DNA of 64,000 nt. Source: a phage. The stretch lies in sequence record PZ338878.1; one strand, written 5' to 3'. This document shows, piece by piece, positions 44,984-54,174 of this stretch. Below the pieces are notes generated by a model. The model did not search any database. It was not told the DNA's origin and saw only the letters and a list, made by a program, of their open reading frames with translations. A program made the position numbers and the translations under genes. Within the stretch, counting starts at the first letter, position 1. Each line of letters starts with the position of its first letter.

Positions 44984-45542
44984 TCTCCTCTAAAATAGGT
45001 TTAATAAATTCGAAGATTTGTTTTTTACTTTTACCTCGAATATTAAAACAAGGAACATTAAACTTTTTAGCCAACATCCAAGCTGTTCTTGTACCACCCA
45101 AAGGATCTCCATTTTTATCTGTATTTGCACAAGCTAAAAGAAAACAAGACGGTTTTGGATTCTCAAGATCTTTGCCAAGAACTTGGTGGATATTCCTTTG
45201 ATGCAATTTTTTAGCACCTTGAGATAATCTGTCCCAAGCCGGATGCAATTCTTTTGCATATTGCAAGGTTAGAGCATAGTTTACACTATCTGGTCTGTCA
45301 AGAACAATAACCTCTCCCTCTATCTCATTACCTTTAAACGAAGGCCAAGGAATGTATATTTCTTTCTTTGTATTGTTTCCACTATCATATACCCCGCATT
45401 CAAATGCGGAATCTGCACCTTCTGCTTTACCAGATCGTAAAATGAACCATGTAGATAACCATTTTGCAACAGCTACCATAGTGTCCCATTCTTCGTCTGT
45501 AATATCTCTGCTACCAACACCTGTGTAGAATAAATCGCTCAT
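44964..45542 (-). CDS. SLOG/DprA-like Rossmann-fold protein (193 aa)
   Basis: TGVGSRDI...RSGKAEGADSAFECG resembles DprA/Smf motif; start at ATG 45542 with AAGGAG. Confidence 0.4.
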   Translation of the reverse strand: MSDLFYTGVGSRDITDEEWDTMVAVAKWLSTWFILRSGKAEGADSAFECGVYDSGNNTKKEIYIPWPSFKGNEIEGEVIVLDRPDSVNYALTLQYAKELHPAWDRLSQGAKKLHQRNIHQVLGKDLENPKPSCFLLACANTDKNGDPLGGTRTAWMLAKKFNVPCFNIRGKSKKQIFEFIKPILEENGLVQK

Positions 45543-45552
45543 GGTTTTCTCC

Positions 45553-45873
45553 TTAACAAGTAATATTGGGAATAATACTGGGAGTAACAATTGGAGTAAT
45601 AGGGTACGTAAACCAAGGGCTTCCAATTTCCCAAGGACTATAAGGTGTACGAGGATCAAATGGAGGCGTTACTTGAGGCTTTTTCCAAATCTCCTCTAGT
45701 TGTTTCTTCCATTTATCCCTTGCTGTATCGTTATCTTCATCCAACTGTTCGTCATTATCTTTTATTTCTGATTTTGGAAATAAAAGCTCTTTGACTAACT
45801 CAACGTCTTCCGTTTCAATAGTAGTTTCTTTCGTAATATTCCCTACCGTCTCTTTAATTGTGACTTTATACAT
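45553..45873 (-). CDS. hypothetical protein (106 aa)
   Basis: ORF. Confidence 0.5.
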   Translation of the reverse strand: MYKVTIKETVGNITKETTIETEDVELVKELLFPKSEIKDNDEQLDEDNDTARDKWKKQLEEIWKKPQVTPPFDPRTPYSPWEIGSPWFTYPITPIVTPSIIPNITC

Positions 45874-46619
45874 TAGTCCTCCTCTAAAGTAGAATAAAAT
45901 TGTAACGTATTTGAATCATTAAAATATGCAAAGGTTAAATTACCATTGAAGCAAGATCCTGTATCCATATATACCCTATTACTGCTAATTACAGGTTTAG
46001 GAACATAAGAATGCCCGTGAAATACATAATCTACTCCTGAAACTCTAGGAAGAAGAATCCCTTCAAGGGCGCAATCTATCATATCACGATCCCACATTAA
46101 AGATTCTGTGAATCGAGATACTTGTTCTTTATTCATATTCGAACAAAATGGCAAAACTTCCGTCACTGGTAGATGTTCCAAAACTGAAGGATATCCTCCG
46201 TGAATAAAGCCTAGTTTCATATTACGATAGTTGACAACAAGTACAACAGGTAAGTCTTCTAGCATCAAAGCAAGAGCAGTTGCACCTTCTTCTCCACACT
46301 CGTTTAGAACTGTATGGCCTCCGTTCTGAAACCAACATTCGTAATATCGCCTATCACCTTCTAGCAACCCTTTAATCATCATATCTTCGTGATTTCCACG
46401 AATAGCATAGCGATTTAGCTTTCTGGTGAATTCAACGGTACAACGAAAATTCTGCTTGCCGCGATCTGTAAGATCTCCTAAAGATACAACAACATCTTGA
46501 TCTCGGATACCTAAAGTATTAACACCTTTCTGGTATAAATCAAAGCAACCATGTAAATCACCAATAATAAACAGGTCTTGATCATCTTTTACACTAATTT
46601 CTTGATATACTAGCATCAA
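45873..46619 (-). CDS. Ser/Thr protein phosphatase (calcineurin-like metallophosphoesterase)
   Basis: GDLHG, GDLTDRG, GNHE motifs. Confidence 0.85.
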   Translation of the reverse strand: MMLVYQEISVKDDQDLFIIGDLHGCFDLYQKGVNTLGIRDQDVVVSLGDLTDRGKQNFRCTVEFTRKLNRYAIRGNHEDMMIKGLLEGDRRYYECWFQNGGHTVLNECGEEGATALALMLEDLPVVLVVNYRNMKLGFIHGGYPSVLEHLPVTEVLPFCSNMNKEQVSRFTESLMWDRDMIDCALEGILLPRVSGVDYVFHGHSYVPKPVISSNRVYMDTGSCFNGNLTFAYFNDSNTLQFYSTLEED

Positions 46620-46942
46620 CTCTCCTCAAAATCCATAAGTATAAAGATATTAACTTTACCTTCTATATTATGTTCTACAACGAGATCTGCAAATTCTTTG
46701 TAGGCTTTTTCTTCTATTTGTTCAATGTGAGACGCTACATCTTTGTATATAGCGTCACCATCTACTTTAACAAGGAGGAATAGAGATCTTACCTCAATCT
46801 CTTTATTTTTGCGGGGTAGAAAATCGACGGCTTCTTGTATACGCCAGCCGAGATACCCTGGAGTCCTTTGAATATCCTCCAAATGACTTTCTAAGATCTC
46901 CCTTCCTTTGTCTATTAAAGCCTGTTCTGTCGTTATTTTCAT
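46616..46942 (-). CDS. hypothetical protein (108 aa)
   Basis: ORF. Confidence 0.5.
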   Translation of the reverse strand: MKITTEQALIDKGREILESHLEDIQRTPGYLGWRIQEAVDFLPRKNKEIEVRSLFLLVKVDGDAIYKDVASHIEQIEEKAYKEFADLVVEHNIEGKVNIFILMDFEES

Positions 46943-46952
46943 CCCCTTCTCC

Positions 46953-47525
46953 TTAATGTGTTAATGAAACTGCGTAACTAAACACAGGTTCAGATATTAC
47001 ATCGGCTACAGTAATAAAAACGTCCTCATCTTGCGTTGTTTCTACACGACATACAGTTACACCATTTACTACAAATTCAACGCAATGTGGAATATCTTCA
47101 CAAACGAATGTAGTGTAAGTAACACCCAAAGCATCATACAAAGATTTAACAGTATTTGCAAGTGCCGCAGTTTCTTCTTTTTCTGAGACAATGAATGCTG
47201 TAACAACAAGATTGTTTGCATAGTTTAGACTGTCCTCTATAGCCAATGATTTACAAGGTAGTAATGCAAAATATTTACCTGGTTTAATCAGACCTGCTTC
47301 CCATTGATTCAAAATTGCCTGGGATGGTTTAGTAATATAAAACAGATTTTCACTTGGGTTATCAATATTACTTCTGGCGATACAACGTGAAGGATTATTA
47401 ATATCAAACACATGATCAAAATCTACACAAACTGGTAAACTGAAAGGTGTAAATTTTTTACCTAATAATCCTACTGCTGACAATATGTTTGCTGTGCTTA
47501 TCTTCCCGTTAAAAGCTAAACGCAT
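46953..47525 (-). CDS. hypothetical protein (190 aa)
   Basis: ORF. Confidence 0.5.
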   Translation of the reverse strand: MRLAFNGKISTANILSAVGLLGKKFTPFSLPVCVDFDHVFDINNPSRCIARSNIDNPSENLFYITKPSQAILNQWEAGLIKPGKYFALLPCKSLAIEDSLNYANNLVVTAFIVSEKEETAALANTVKSLYDALGVTYTTFVCEDIPHCVEFVVNGVTVCRVETTQDEDVFITVADVISEPVFSYAVSLTH

Positions 47526-47536
47526 ATTTAACTCCT

Positions 47537-47740
47537 TTAACTAGCAACCGTAACTTCCGAACTTTCTTCTTTCGTACTGTCTACGATATGCCTGGTGGCA
47601 ATATACGAGACTTGCCAGTTACCATCTGGTGTAGTCTCAATAAGTACCCTATCTACTTCGAGAAAATGCAAAAATTCAACCATCGCTCGCTTCGATAGGA
47701 ATTGTTTTTTAACAGTCTCCTCAAAAGATTGAACTGCCAT
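47537..47740 (-). CDS. hypothetical protein (67 aa)
   Basis: ORF. Confidence 0.45.
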   Translation of the reverse strand: MAVQSFEETVKKQFLSKRAMVEFLHFLEVDRVLIETTPDGNWQVSYIATRHIVDSTKEESSEVTVAS

Positions 47741-47749
47741 GTTTCCTCC

Positions 47750-48412
47750 TTATTTAATATTCAATTTTGCACAAAGACGTTGTACCGCTTTGGCATCGAA
47801 CAAACTCCCACGAATAGTTCTCTTTCCTGATTCATTCAGATGCTTTGCAATCGTCATATATGGCGTTTTACAAGCTCTGTATGCAACTAAAGAATCTTTT
47901 AAAGAAAGTGCAAACTCTTTTGAGCGTTTTGCTTCTTCCGTTTTCGTATAATCTGTTCTTTTGTATTTAGGGTTTGCTGCACCAAGAAGCGTTCCCTTCG
48001 CTTTTGCTACCTTAAGGCTCTTCTTAACACGATCAGATATTGCACGAGCCTCTTCCTCTGCCAGAACTGCTAAAATATTTATTATCATATTTTCAGCGGA
48101 GGGCATAGTTGCTATCCGTACATTAATCATCTCTAACAAGGTTGCAACAGAAGCTGTGTTACGTCCAAGACGGTCAACCTTAGCAACAACAAGTGTAGCA
48201 CCTGTTTCTTTGCAAAGATTAACAGCTTTTACAAGCTCTCTACGTTGCTTCCAATCGCCTTTACCAGAATAAAACTCTGCAAAGCTACCTACAATAGTAT
48301 AATTTTCTTGTGAATCCAGGAAGCGTTGGATATCTGCTTCCTGTGATTCTATACCATACTGGTTGCCTTGTTGTTTCTTCTTAGAAAGTCGATGATACAG
48401 TACAAACTTCAT
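47750..48412 (-). CDS. serine recombinase (resolvase/invertase family)
   Basis: N-terminal YHRLSKKKQQ (catalytic Ser), VAKVDRLGRN. Confidence 0.8.
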   Translation of the reverse strand: MKFVLYHRLSKKKQQGNQYGIESQEADIQRFLDSQENYTIVGSFAEFYSGKGDWKQRRELVKAVNLCKETGATLVVAKVDRLGRNTASVATLLEMINVRIATMPSAENMIINILAVLAEEEARAISDRVKKSLKVAKAKGTLLGAANPKYKRTDYTKTEEAKRSKEFALSLKDSLVAYRACKTPYMTIAKHLNESGKRTIRGSLFDAKAVQRLCAKLNIK

Positions 48413-48469
48413 AATACCCTCCTGTTCTGTTGCAGGAAGTATGCACTACCTCAATGTTAAAGTCAACAG

Positions 48470-48673
48470 TTAAGTAGTGGTAATATCATCTTCTTGAATA
48501 TCAGGGTCAACTTCTGCAAAGATAGCCTCTACAGGAATTTCTTCACCTGCTATTCTAGAAAGAAGCACTGAACCAATAGCTTTTGCGTGTTCTTCGGATT
48601 CCGCATAAACATTAGTTCCTGTGTCTTTTTTCTTAGTTTCGTTAAAATATACCAGATAGTAATTGTATGCCAT
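48470..48673 (-). CDS. hypothetical protein (67 aa)
   Basis: ORF. Confidence 0.45.
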   Translation of the reverse strand: MAYNYYLVYFNETKKKDTGTNVYAESEEHAKAIGSVLLSRIAGEEIPVEAIFAEVDPDIQEDDITTT

Positions 48674-48924
48674 TATTCATCCCAATCGTTGTTTCGAGCA
48701 CTTTCAAGAACCTTGACAACTTCTGCGTACTCTACAGCTAAACCAGCACACACTTCAGCTTGTTTTGCAATTGCTTGCTTAAAGAACATAGCGATTGCAA
48801 CACTCTGTGTTGTGTGAATGTTATCTGCTTTAGTTGATACATGAAGATCAAAATCTTCTTCATCAAAGGTGAGTTCCATAGTAACAATAAATTTCTCGGT
48901 CATAAAAATGCTCCTCTTAAACAA
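48673..48924 (-). CDS. hypothetical protein (83 aa)
   Basis: ORF. Confidence 0.45.
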   Translation of the reverse strand: MFKRSIFMTEKFIVTMELTFDEEDFDLHVSTKADNIHTTQSVAIAMFFKQAIAKQAEVCAGLAVEYAEVVKVLESARNNDWDE

Positions 48925-49426
48925 AATAGAAAGGTTGAGTTAAACCCAGCCTGTTTTTTGGGTCGTAGACGTACCAAGCATATGCTGTCTTGTCAGTACC
49001 ACCTGCAACAAAAGATGGTCGTTCAGAAAGAACAATCAAATTTGTTGGCGGGTTCTGTTTATGGAATTCCCTTCGTTTAATAGACTCTAGGAACCCAAGA
49101 CGCAACAAGTATATGCAAACGTCTGCTTCTTTTAAGCTCTTTTGCAAGAACTCAAGTGCAAGTCTGAATGGTGGATTTGTGATTATAATATCCGGCTTAG
49201 TATGCCATTCGTGGTTAAAATAATCCTTCCCTTCTTCTAACTCACAATATTCTGATCCTTCTGGAAAATGTTGATAAATTGCAGCAGCAGCACCTTTACA
49301 CGGTTCTGCAAAAATAAAACCTTCTTCTTTAAGGTTATTAAAATCTATTACACTAAATAATGCATTTATACATTTTTGTGGAGTAGGATAGTAATCAGTT
49401 GGTGGACGATCATACTTATTTGCCAC
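48917..49426 (-). CDS. phage Dam-type DNA N6-adenine methyltransferase
   Basis: DYYPTP near N-terminus and IITNPPF catalytic motif. Confidence 0.7.
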   Translation of the reverse strand: MANKYDRPPTDYYPTPQKCINALFSVIDFNNLKEEGFIFAEPCKGAAAAIYQHFPEGSEYCELEEGKDYFNHEWHTKPDIIITNPPFRLALEFLQKSLKEADVCIYLLRLGFLESIKRREFHKQNPPTNLIVLSERPSFVAGGTDKTAYAWYVYDPKNRLGLTQPFYFV

Positions 49427-49844
49427 TACTTAAAATCTCCTCTTTTGTGATTTCAGGGTTTTCTTCAAAAACCATAATATCTCTTAAGAACGTTAATTCT
49501 TCCATAGATACTGGTATTGTATCTTCTTCTGTTTTTCGTTTACATAAGTCGTCAAGAAAGTTTTTAACGCTTTCTGACACATCGTAAAATTTCAACAGTT
49601 GATAATCACAGGAGGAGATCCTATCTAGTTCTAACATTCTTTCTAAGATATTTTCTGTGTTGCCGTACAACACACGAACTTCTCCGAAAGGGTTGACTAA
49701 ATATTGTGAAGTTCTGAACCATCCCTTTTTAGATACAGTGTAACGCTGTTCTGCTAAACTTTCAATAAAATTTTTAGCTCTTTTACAGTTTTGTTCTAAA
49801 GAGTAATAGGCTTTTTCTACAAAGATTACAGGTACTGGTAACAT
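49416..49844 (-). CDS. hypothetical protein (142 aa)
   Basis: ORF; GGAGGAG RBS. Confidence 0.5.
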   Translation of the reverse strand: MLPVPVIFVEKAYYSLEQNCKRAKNFIESLAEQRYTVSKKGWFRTSQYLVNPFGEVRVLYGNTENILERMLELDRISSCDYQLLKFYDVSESVKNFLDDLCKRKTEEDTIPVSMEELTFLRDIMVFEENPEITKEEILSSGK

Positions 49845-49857
49845 ATCTCCTCCTAAT

Positions 49858-49875
49858 AACCCCCGTGAGGGGGTT
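49858..49875 (-). terminator. terminator/attenuator hairpin
   Basis: CCCCC-GTGA-GGGGG. Confidence 0.5.
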
Positions 49876-49884
49876 TATGTTAGA

Positions 49885-50538
49885 TTAATTATCAGAGGAC
49901 ACTTTATCAAGTTTTTCAGAGACTGTCAATACTTTTTCTTGTGATTCTTTCATTTCTGCTAAAATACTTTCAGCTTCATCACTATCAGGATCACCAGTCA
50001 ACAGCATACTAATTAGTTGCTCCTTGCTGAAGTTCAGAATATCTTCCGCTGTTAGTTCCAGTTGTTCTTCGATCTCTTCAACAAAAGTTTCACCGCCTGA
50101 AAAAGCATCTCGTAGTTTTGCAACTTCCATCGCTTCTTCTGGGGTTGCCCCAGCGTCTAAAGCTGCTAAAGCAAAATCTGCCCCACTACCAACAGCATAG
50201 TAATCTTCAGTTAAAGGATATGCTCGCGTTGGATTATTACCCTCGTGCATATAAATTTTACCGTCTGGGTGAACAACCAATGCCACAAACTCTTCATCTT
50301 CTTTATCAGGATCTGACTGGATCACCAAACCTGGGATTGTCTCTTGTGCTGCCTGGCACTGTAAGTTTTGTTCGAACCAAGAAAAGAAAGTCAGGATAGA
50401 AGACAGACGTCCTGCACCACCAACAAGGTAATCCCCAATTTTACGCACTTTCTTGAAATTTAAAGTGTCTACTCGATTACCTACTGTTACTTTACCGTCA
50501 GATAGAATTTTGTTATGTGTTGCAATAATTGTTGTCAT
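49885..50538 (-). CDS. HslV-like proteasome-type (Ntn hydrolase) peptidase with acidic C-terminal extension
   Basis: N-terminal MTTI, KKVRKIGD, GGAGRLSS, AVGSGADFALAA parallel E. coli HslV. Confidence 0.7.
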   Translation of the reverse strand: MTTIIATHNKILSDGKVTVGNRVDTLNFKKVRKIGDYLVGGAGRLSSILTFFSWFEQNLQCQAAQETIPGLVIQSDPDKEDEEFVALVVHPDGKIYMHEGNNPTRAYPLTEDYYAVGSGADFALAALDAGATPEEAMEVAKLRDAFSGGETFVEEIEEQLELTAEDILNFSKEQLISMLLTGDPDSDEAESILAEMKESQEKVLTVSEKLDKVSSDN

Positions 50539-51029
50539 TGTACTTCCTCCTGTAGTGTTTTAAGGACTGCTTTACCACCGCTTACATACTTACGTAGGTA
50601 ATCAATAGCTCTTAGTGTTTCTTTATCCACAAGAATTTTATTAGTTCTTGTTAGTGGATGATTTAGTAAATCACTGCAATTTCTTACTAACATAGACTTC
50701 TTGTGAAAGATACTGCTAAGAAAAAGAAGTTTAGAATCTTCTTCATCAATCAGGAGTAATTCTGAATTAGATCCGGCTACATTTATTATACACTCAAACA
50801 AGCCTTCTTGACTATCAGATAATTCCTGGTAATATTTAGTTAGCCAATCCTCTCCTTTTAACCAACTAAAAAACATCTGAACTTTTTGCAAAGTTGTCAT
50901 GTTCTCTAAACGAAGAGATATTTCTTTTTCAATCTTGTCAATATAAATCTGTCTAAACTCATTCGGCTTAACTAAGCCAGCTTGATAGCATTCATCAATA
51001 CCATTGCGATCAATCTCAATTAGCGTCAT
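50535..51029 (-). CDS. hypothetical protein (164 aa)
   Basis: ORF. Confidence 0.5.
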   Translation of the reverse strand: MTLIEIDRNGIDECYQAGLVKPNEFRQIYIDKIEKEISLRLENMTTLQKVQMFFSWLKGEDWLTKYYQELSDSQEGLFECIINVAGSNSELLLIDEEDSKLLFLSSIFHKKSMLVRNCSDLLNHPLTRTNKILVDKETLRAIDYLRKYVSGGKAVLKTLQEEVQ

Positions 51030-51065
51030 TTAACCTCCATAACAGGCATCCTTGCCTTGTAATTA

Positions 51066-51818
51066 TTAATATACTTCCGTGATGAACTGAGACAAACGGG
51101 AACGTTGGTTATCAGCAGTTGTCATTTCAACATAACCAATAAAATCTACAATAGCTTCCCTTTCTCCTTCTTCGTTAATAGGAACAACACGATCTAACAA
51201 ATCACCTAACCCGTTAGCTCTTCGTTTAATTGCATATGTTTGATTAACATCACCCATAATGACAATTCGTGTATTAAGACCTGCTCGCTCAAGGAGAAGT
51301 TTTACTGTGTTTGGTGACATAAGTTGAACTTCATCAATAAGAATAATGCTGTTATCCCACGTAGCACCTAGTGCATAGTTTGGAATATTAAGTTCAATTT
51401 TGCCACTTGCAATATCGTTTTCCAATTTATTTGCAGTCATAAACTGTTGGAAAATTCTTTTAGTTGACTCGTAGTGTGCTGCTAGTTTATCAGTCTTATC
51501 TCCAGATAAGAAACCGATTTGGTCATCACCTACTTCTGTCGGGTTTTTAAGGAAAATCAACTTTCTGAAGTCACCAGCTTTAAGCATTTGCAATGCTTTC
51601 CATAGTGCTGTTGTCGTTTTTCCTGTTCCTGCTGGGGCATTAACAATGGTTAAATCATTCCAAACCATGCTTCTTACAATAGCTTCTTGATTCCCAATAG
51701 GGGTAAATTCATCAAGACGGTAATCATCATTTCCTACTGCTTTAGCCGCATAACGACTGGCACGTTTGTCATCATTGGCTGCTGATTGACGACGAGCCTT
51801 TGCGGTTTTATTTCCCAT
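51066..51818 (-). CDS. phoH: PhoH-like ATPase
   Basis: Walker A NAPAGTGKTT and PhoH-like layout. Confidence 0.8.
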   Translation of the reverse strand: MGNKTAKARRQSAANDDKRASRYAAKAVGNDDYRLDEFTPIGNQEAIVRSMVWNDLTIVNAPAGTGKTTTALWKALQMLKAGDFRKLIFLKNPTEVGDDQIGFLSGDKTDKLAAHYESTKRIFQQFMTANKLENDIASGKIELNIPNYALGATWDNSIILIDEVQLMSPNTVKLLLERAGLNTRIVIMGDVNQTYAIKRRANGLGDLLDRVVPINEEGEREAIVDFIGYVEMTTADNQRSRLSQFITEVY

Positions 51819-51834
51819 GTTTGCACTCCTTATA

Positions 51835-51854
51835 AAAGGGGCTTTCGCCCCTTT
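51835..51854 (-). terminator. rho-independent terminator after lysozyme gene
   Basis: GGGGC-TTTC-GCCCC; T-run on minus strand. Confidence 0.6.
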
Positions 51855-51856
51855 GT

Positions 51857-52357
51857 TTAGTTATAAGCGTCTAATGTTCCAGTTTTAAGCACCTGAATTA
51901 CACGCTCTGCGCGATTAGGCGTTTGGCGATACCATTTACTTTTACGTAAATTTATAGAGGCTTGAGTATAATATGAATTACTCACTAAAGTCAAGCTATT
52001 TTTGAAAGATTCTGCACCTTTCAATCCCATTTGAAATACCATATTAATAATAGCCATTTTACGATTAGGACTTACTTTATCGTAAATAGGAGATAATATG
52101 GTGCTTGAATGGATTTGTTGTATCGCTTTCTTTACGTCACTCTCAAAGATTCTTCTAGCTTCCGCTTCAGTAATAACCCCATTGGTTTTTCTACCTACTA
52201 AGTTATCAAGAATGCGTATAGCTTCTGCTTTATCTTTGAGTTTTGTCAGAAGGTGTCCAATACCAACTGTCCAATACCCTTCGGTATCAGTATATACAGT
52301 TAGCTTTAGTCCTTCATCAAAACGTAACATATCAAACACATCAACTACTTTAGCCAT
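51857..52357 (-). CDS. T4-type lysozyme (endolysin, GH24)
   Basis: MLRFDEGLKLTVYTDTEGYWTVGIGHLL and WYRQTPNRAERV closely parallel T4 lysozyme. Confidence 0.95.
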   Translation of the reverse strand: MAKVVDVFDMLRFDEGLKLTVYTDTEGYWTVGIGHLLTKLKDKAEAIRILDNLVGRKTNGVITEAEARRIFESDVKKAIQQIHSSTILSPIYDKVSPNRKMAIINMVFQMGLKGAESFKNSLTLVSNSYYTQASINLRKSKWYRQTPNRAERVIQVLKTGTLDAYN

Positions 52358-52369
52358 GTTTTCCTTATA

Positions 52370-52513
52370 TTAGTCGCCCTCCCCATGATCTAGCTCTTGA
52401 AACAGTAGGTGTTCAGGAGACATTTCACGTTTAGGCTTCGTCTTTTTAGTTTGGGACTTAAGCTCTGTTGCCAAAGCACGAGAAAAGATCTTACGTTTCT
52501 GTTTACCTTTCAT
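52370..52513 (-). CDS. small basic protein (47 aa)
   Basis: hand-translated MKGKQKRKIFSRALATELKSQTKK...; GGAG RBS. Confidence 0.35.
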   Translation of the reverse strand: MKGKQKRKIFSRALATELKSQTKKTKPKREMSPEHLLFQELDHGEGD

Positions 52514-52517
52514 ATTG

Positions 52518-52784
52518 TTACTCCGCAATCTGAGCCATGAATTCACGTAGTTCAGAAAAACCTCCTACGTGGGTTAGATGTTCACCATCTTCCACAAAAA
52601 TTTGAGGAAAGGTACGTGGCAGAACACCTGTTTTCTCTAAAACCAGATTCTGAATCTGATCTAAAGAATAGTCTTCATCTAAGGTAAGATATTTAAAATC
52701 CTGTTCACGCTGTTCCAGTAGAATCTTAGCGTTAGTGCAGAAAGGACAATTTGGTTTACCGTAGATAATAAAATTCATTTTCAC
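52518..52784 (-). CDS. glutaredoxin-like protein (RNR electron donor)
   Basis: CPFC active-site motif; 88 aa. Confidence 0.8.
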   Translation of the reverse strand: MKMNFIIYGKPNCPFCTNAKILLEQREQDFKYLTLDEDYSLDQIQNLVLEKTGVLPRTFPQIFVEDGEHLTHVGGFSELREFMAQIAE

Positions 52785-53611
52785 TCCTTGTTTAAAAGTA
52801 TAGTTAAAGTTCTTACAATACCGCTATCAACACTTCGCGGATTTAAAGTAGGATCTGTTTTTAAATAAGATGTTGCTGGTCTGACTGCTTTAGAATTATA
52901 GGTTGAAGCAGATACAGGATTAACTGTAACAGATAAATCTATAACAAGAAATATCTTACGTGCAAAATCATACCAAGAAATATAATCTGCACCTGCATAG
53001 TGTACAATTTTACTATTTACACCATCTTTTACAAGTTTAAAAATTGTTTCTGCAAGATCAGGTGCATAAGTAGGACATGATAAATGATCACATACTACAT
53101 TAAATTCTTTTTGACCACCGTTGTAGCGTTCCAACATAGTTTTCAAAAAGTTATGTCCAAATTCACTATAAACAGAAGCTGTTCTGATAATAAGTGCTGT
53201 AGGACAAACTGCTTGTACTAAAGTTTCACCTAATTGTTTACTGTAACCGTAGGTGTTCAAGGGGTTTGTTTTACTATCTTCTGTGCCAGCAACATGCCCA
53301 TCAAAAACATAGTCTGTTGAAATATGTACAAACTGTATCAGTAAATCATTACATGCTTTGGCAATGTTTGTTGCACCGTATGCATTAACATTTATACAGG
53401 TGTTAACATCTTCTTCAGCTTTATCTACTGCCGTGTAAGCTGCACAATTCACAACAACGTCAGGCACGTGCTGTACAAGACTATTCATAACATCTTTAAA
53501 GTTGGTAATGTCTATATCACTTGCTTCAATCAAAATAACATCTTCGGGCGCAACTTTTGCCAAAGACTGTCCTAATTGACCTTTTGAACCAAAGATTAAA
53601 AATTTTGTCAA
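52781..53611 (-). CDS. rmlD: dTDP-4-dehydrorhamnose reductase
   Basis: N-terminal Rossmann GSKGQLG; size and operon position. Confidence 0.75.
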   Translation of the reverse strand: MTKFLIFGSKGQLGQSLAKVAPEDVILIEASDIDITNFKDVMNSLVQHVPDVVVNCAAYTAVDKAEEDVNTCINVNAYGATNIAKACNDLLIQFVHISTDYVFDGHVAGTEDSKTNPLNTYGYSKQLGETLVQAVCPTALIIRTASVYSEFGHNFLKTMLERYNGGQKEFNVVCDHLSCPTYAPDLAETIFKLVKDGVNSKIVHYAGADYISWYDFARKIFLVIDLSVTVNPVSASTYNSKAVRPATSYLKTDPTLNPRSVDSGIVRTLTILLNKE

Positions 53612-54162
53612 AATATGATCTCCTTTAGTGTTTTGGCTTGCTGATCTTTTTGTGACAAGATAGGTTTAAAATTAATATCATTAAAGATTAAATCAAAACC
53701 CCAATCTATATTGATATCTGGATCATTCCACACAAGACTACACTCTGAAGTCGGATCGTAATATTCTGTACATTTATATTCAAAATCAGCAATGTCGCTA
53801 ATCACAACAAAGCCATGAGCGAAACCAGGAGGAATCCAAAATTGTGTTTTATTCTTTTCAGATAAAAGAACACCTACCCATTCTCCAAATGTCGGACTAC
53901 CAACCCTAATATCTACAGCAACATCATAAACTTCACCACGAACACAACGTACTAACTTCCCTTGTGGGTTTTTCTTTTGAAAATGAAGCCCACGTAGAAC
54001 TCCTCGAATAGAACGTGAGTGGTTATCCTGGACAAAGTTTTGTTTACCTATGTATTGATCATATAAAGCCTGATTAAAACTTTCTAAGAAAAAGCCACGT
54101 TCATCTCCGTAAACGTCAGGTTGAATGATCAACAAATCTTCGATTTTTGTTGCTTGAATCAT
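53608..54162 (-). CDS. rmlC: dTDP-4-dehydrorhamnose 3,5-epimerase
   Basis: DERGFF motif; cupin-size 184 aa. Confidence 0.8.
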   Translation of the reverse strand: MIQATKIEDLLIIQPDVYGDERGFFLESFNQALYDQYIGKQNFVQDNHSRSIRGVLRGLHFQKKNPQGKLVRCVRGEVYDVAVDIRVGSPTFGEWVGVLLSEKNKTQFWIPPGFAHGFVVISDIADFEYKCTEYYDPTSECSLVWNDPDINIDWGFDLIFNDINFKPILSQKDQQAKTLKEIIF

Positions 54163-54174
54163 TTAATTCCCCCT

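Noticed and set aside
47750-48412. Integrated prophage or integrative element boundary
   Set aside because: The recombinase is a small resolvase/invertase type, no tyrosine integrase or att-like direct repeats were seen, and the gene content is that of a virulent phage
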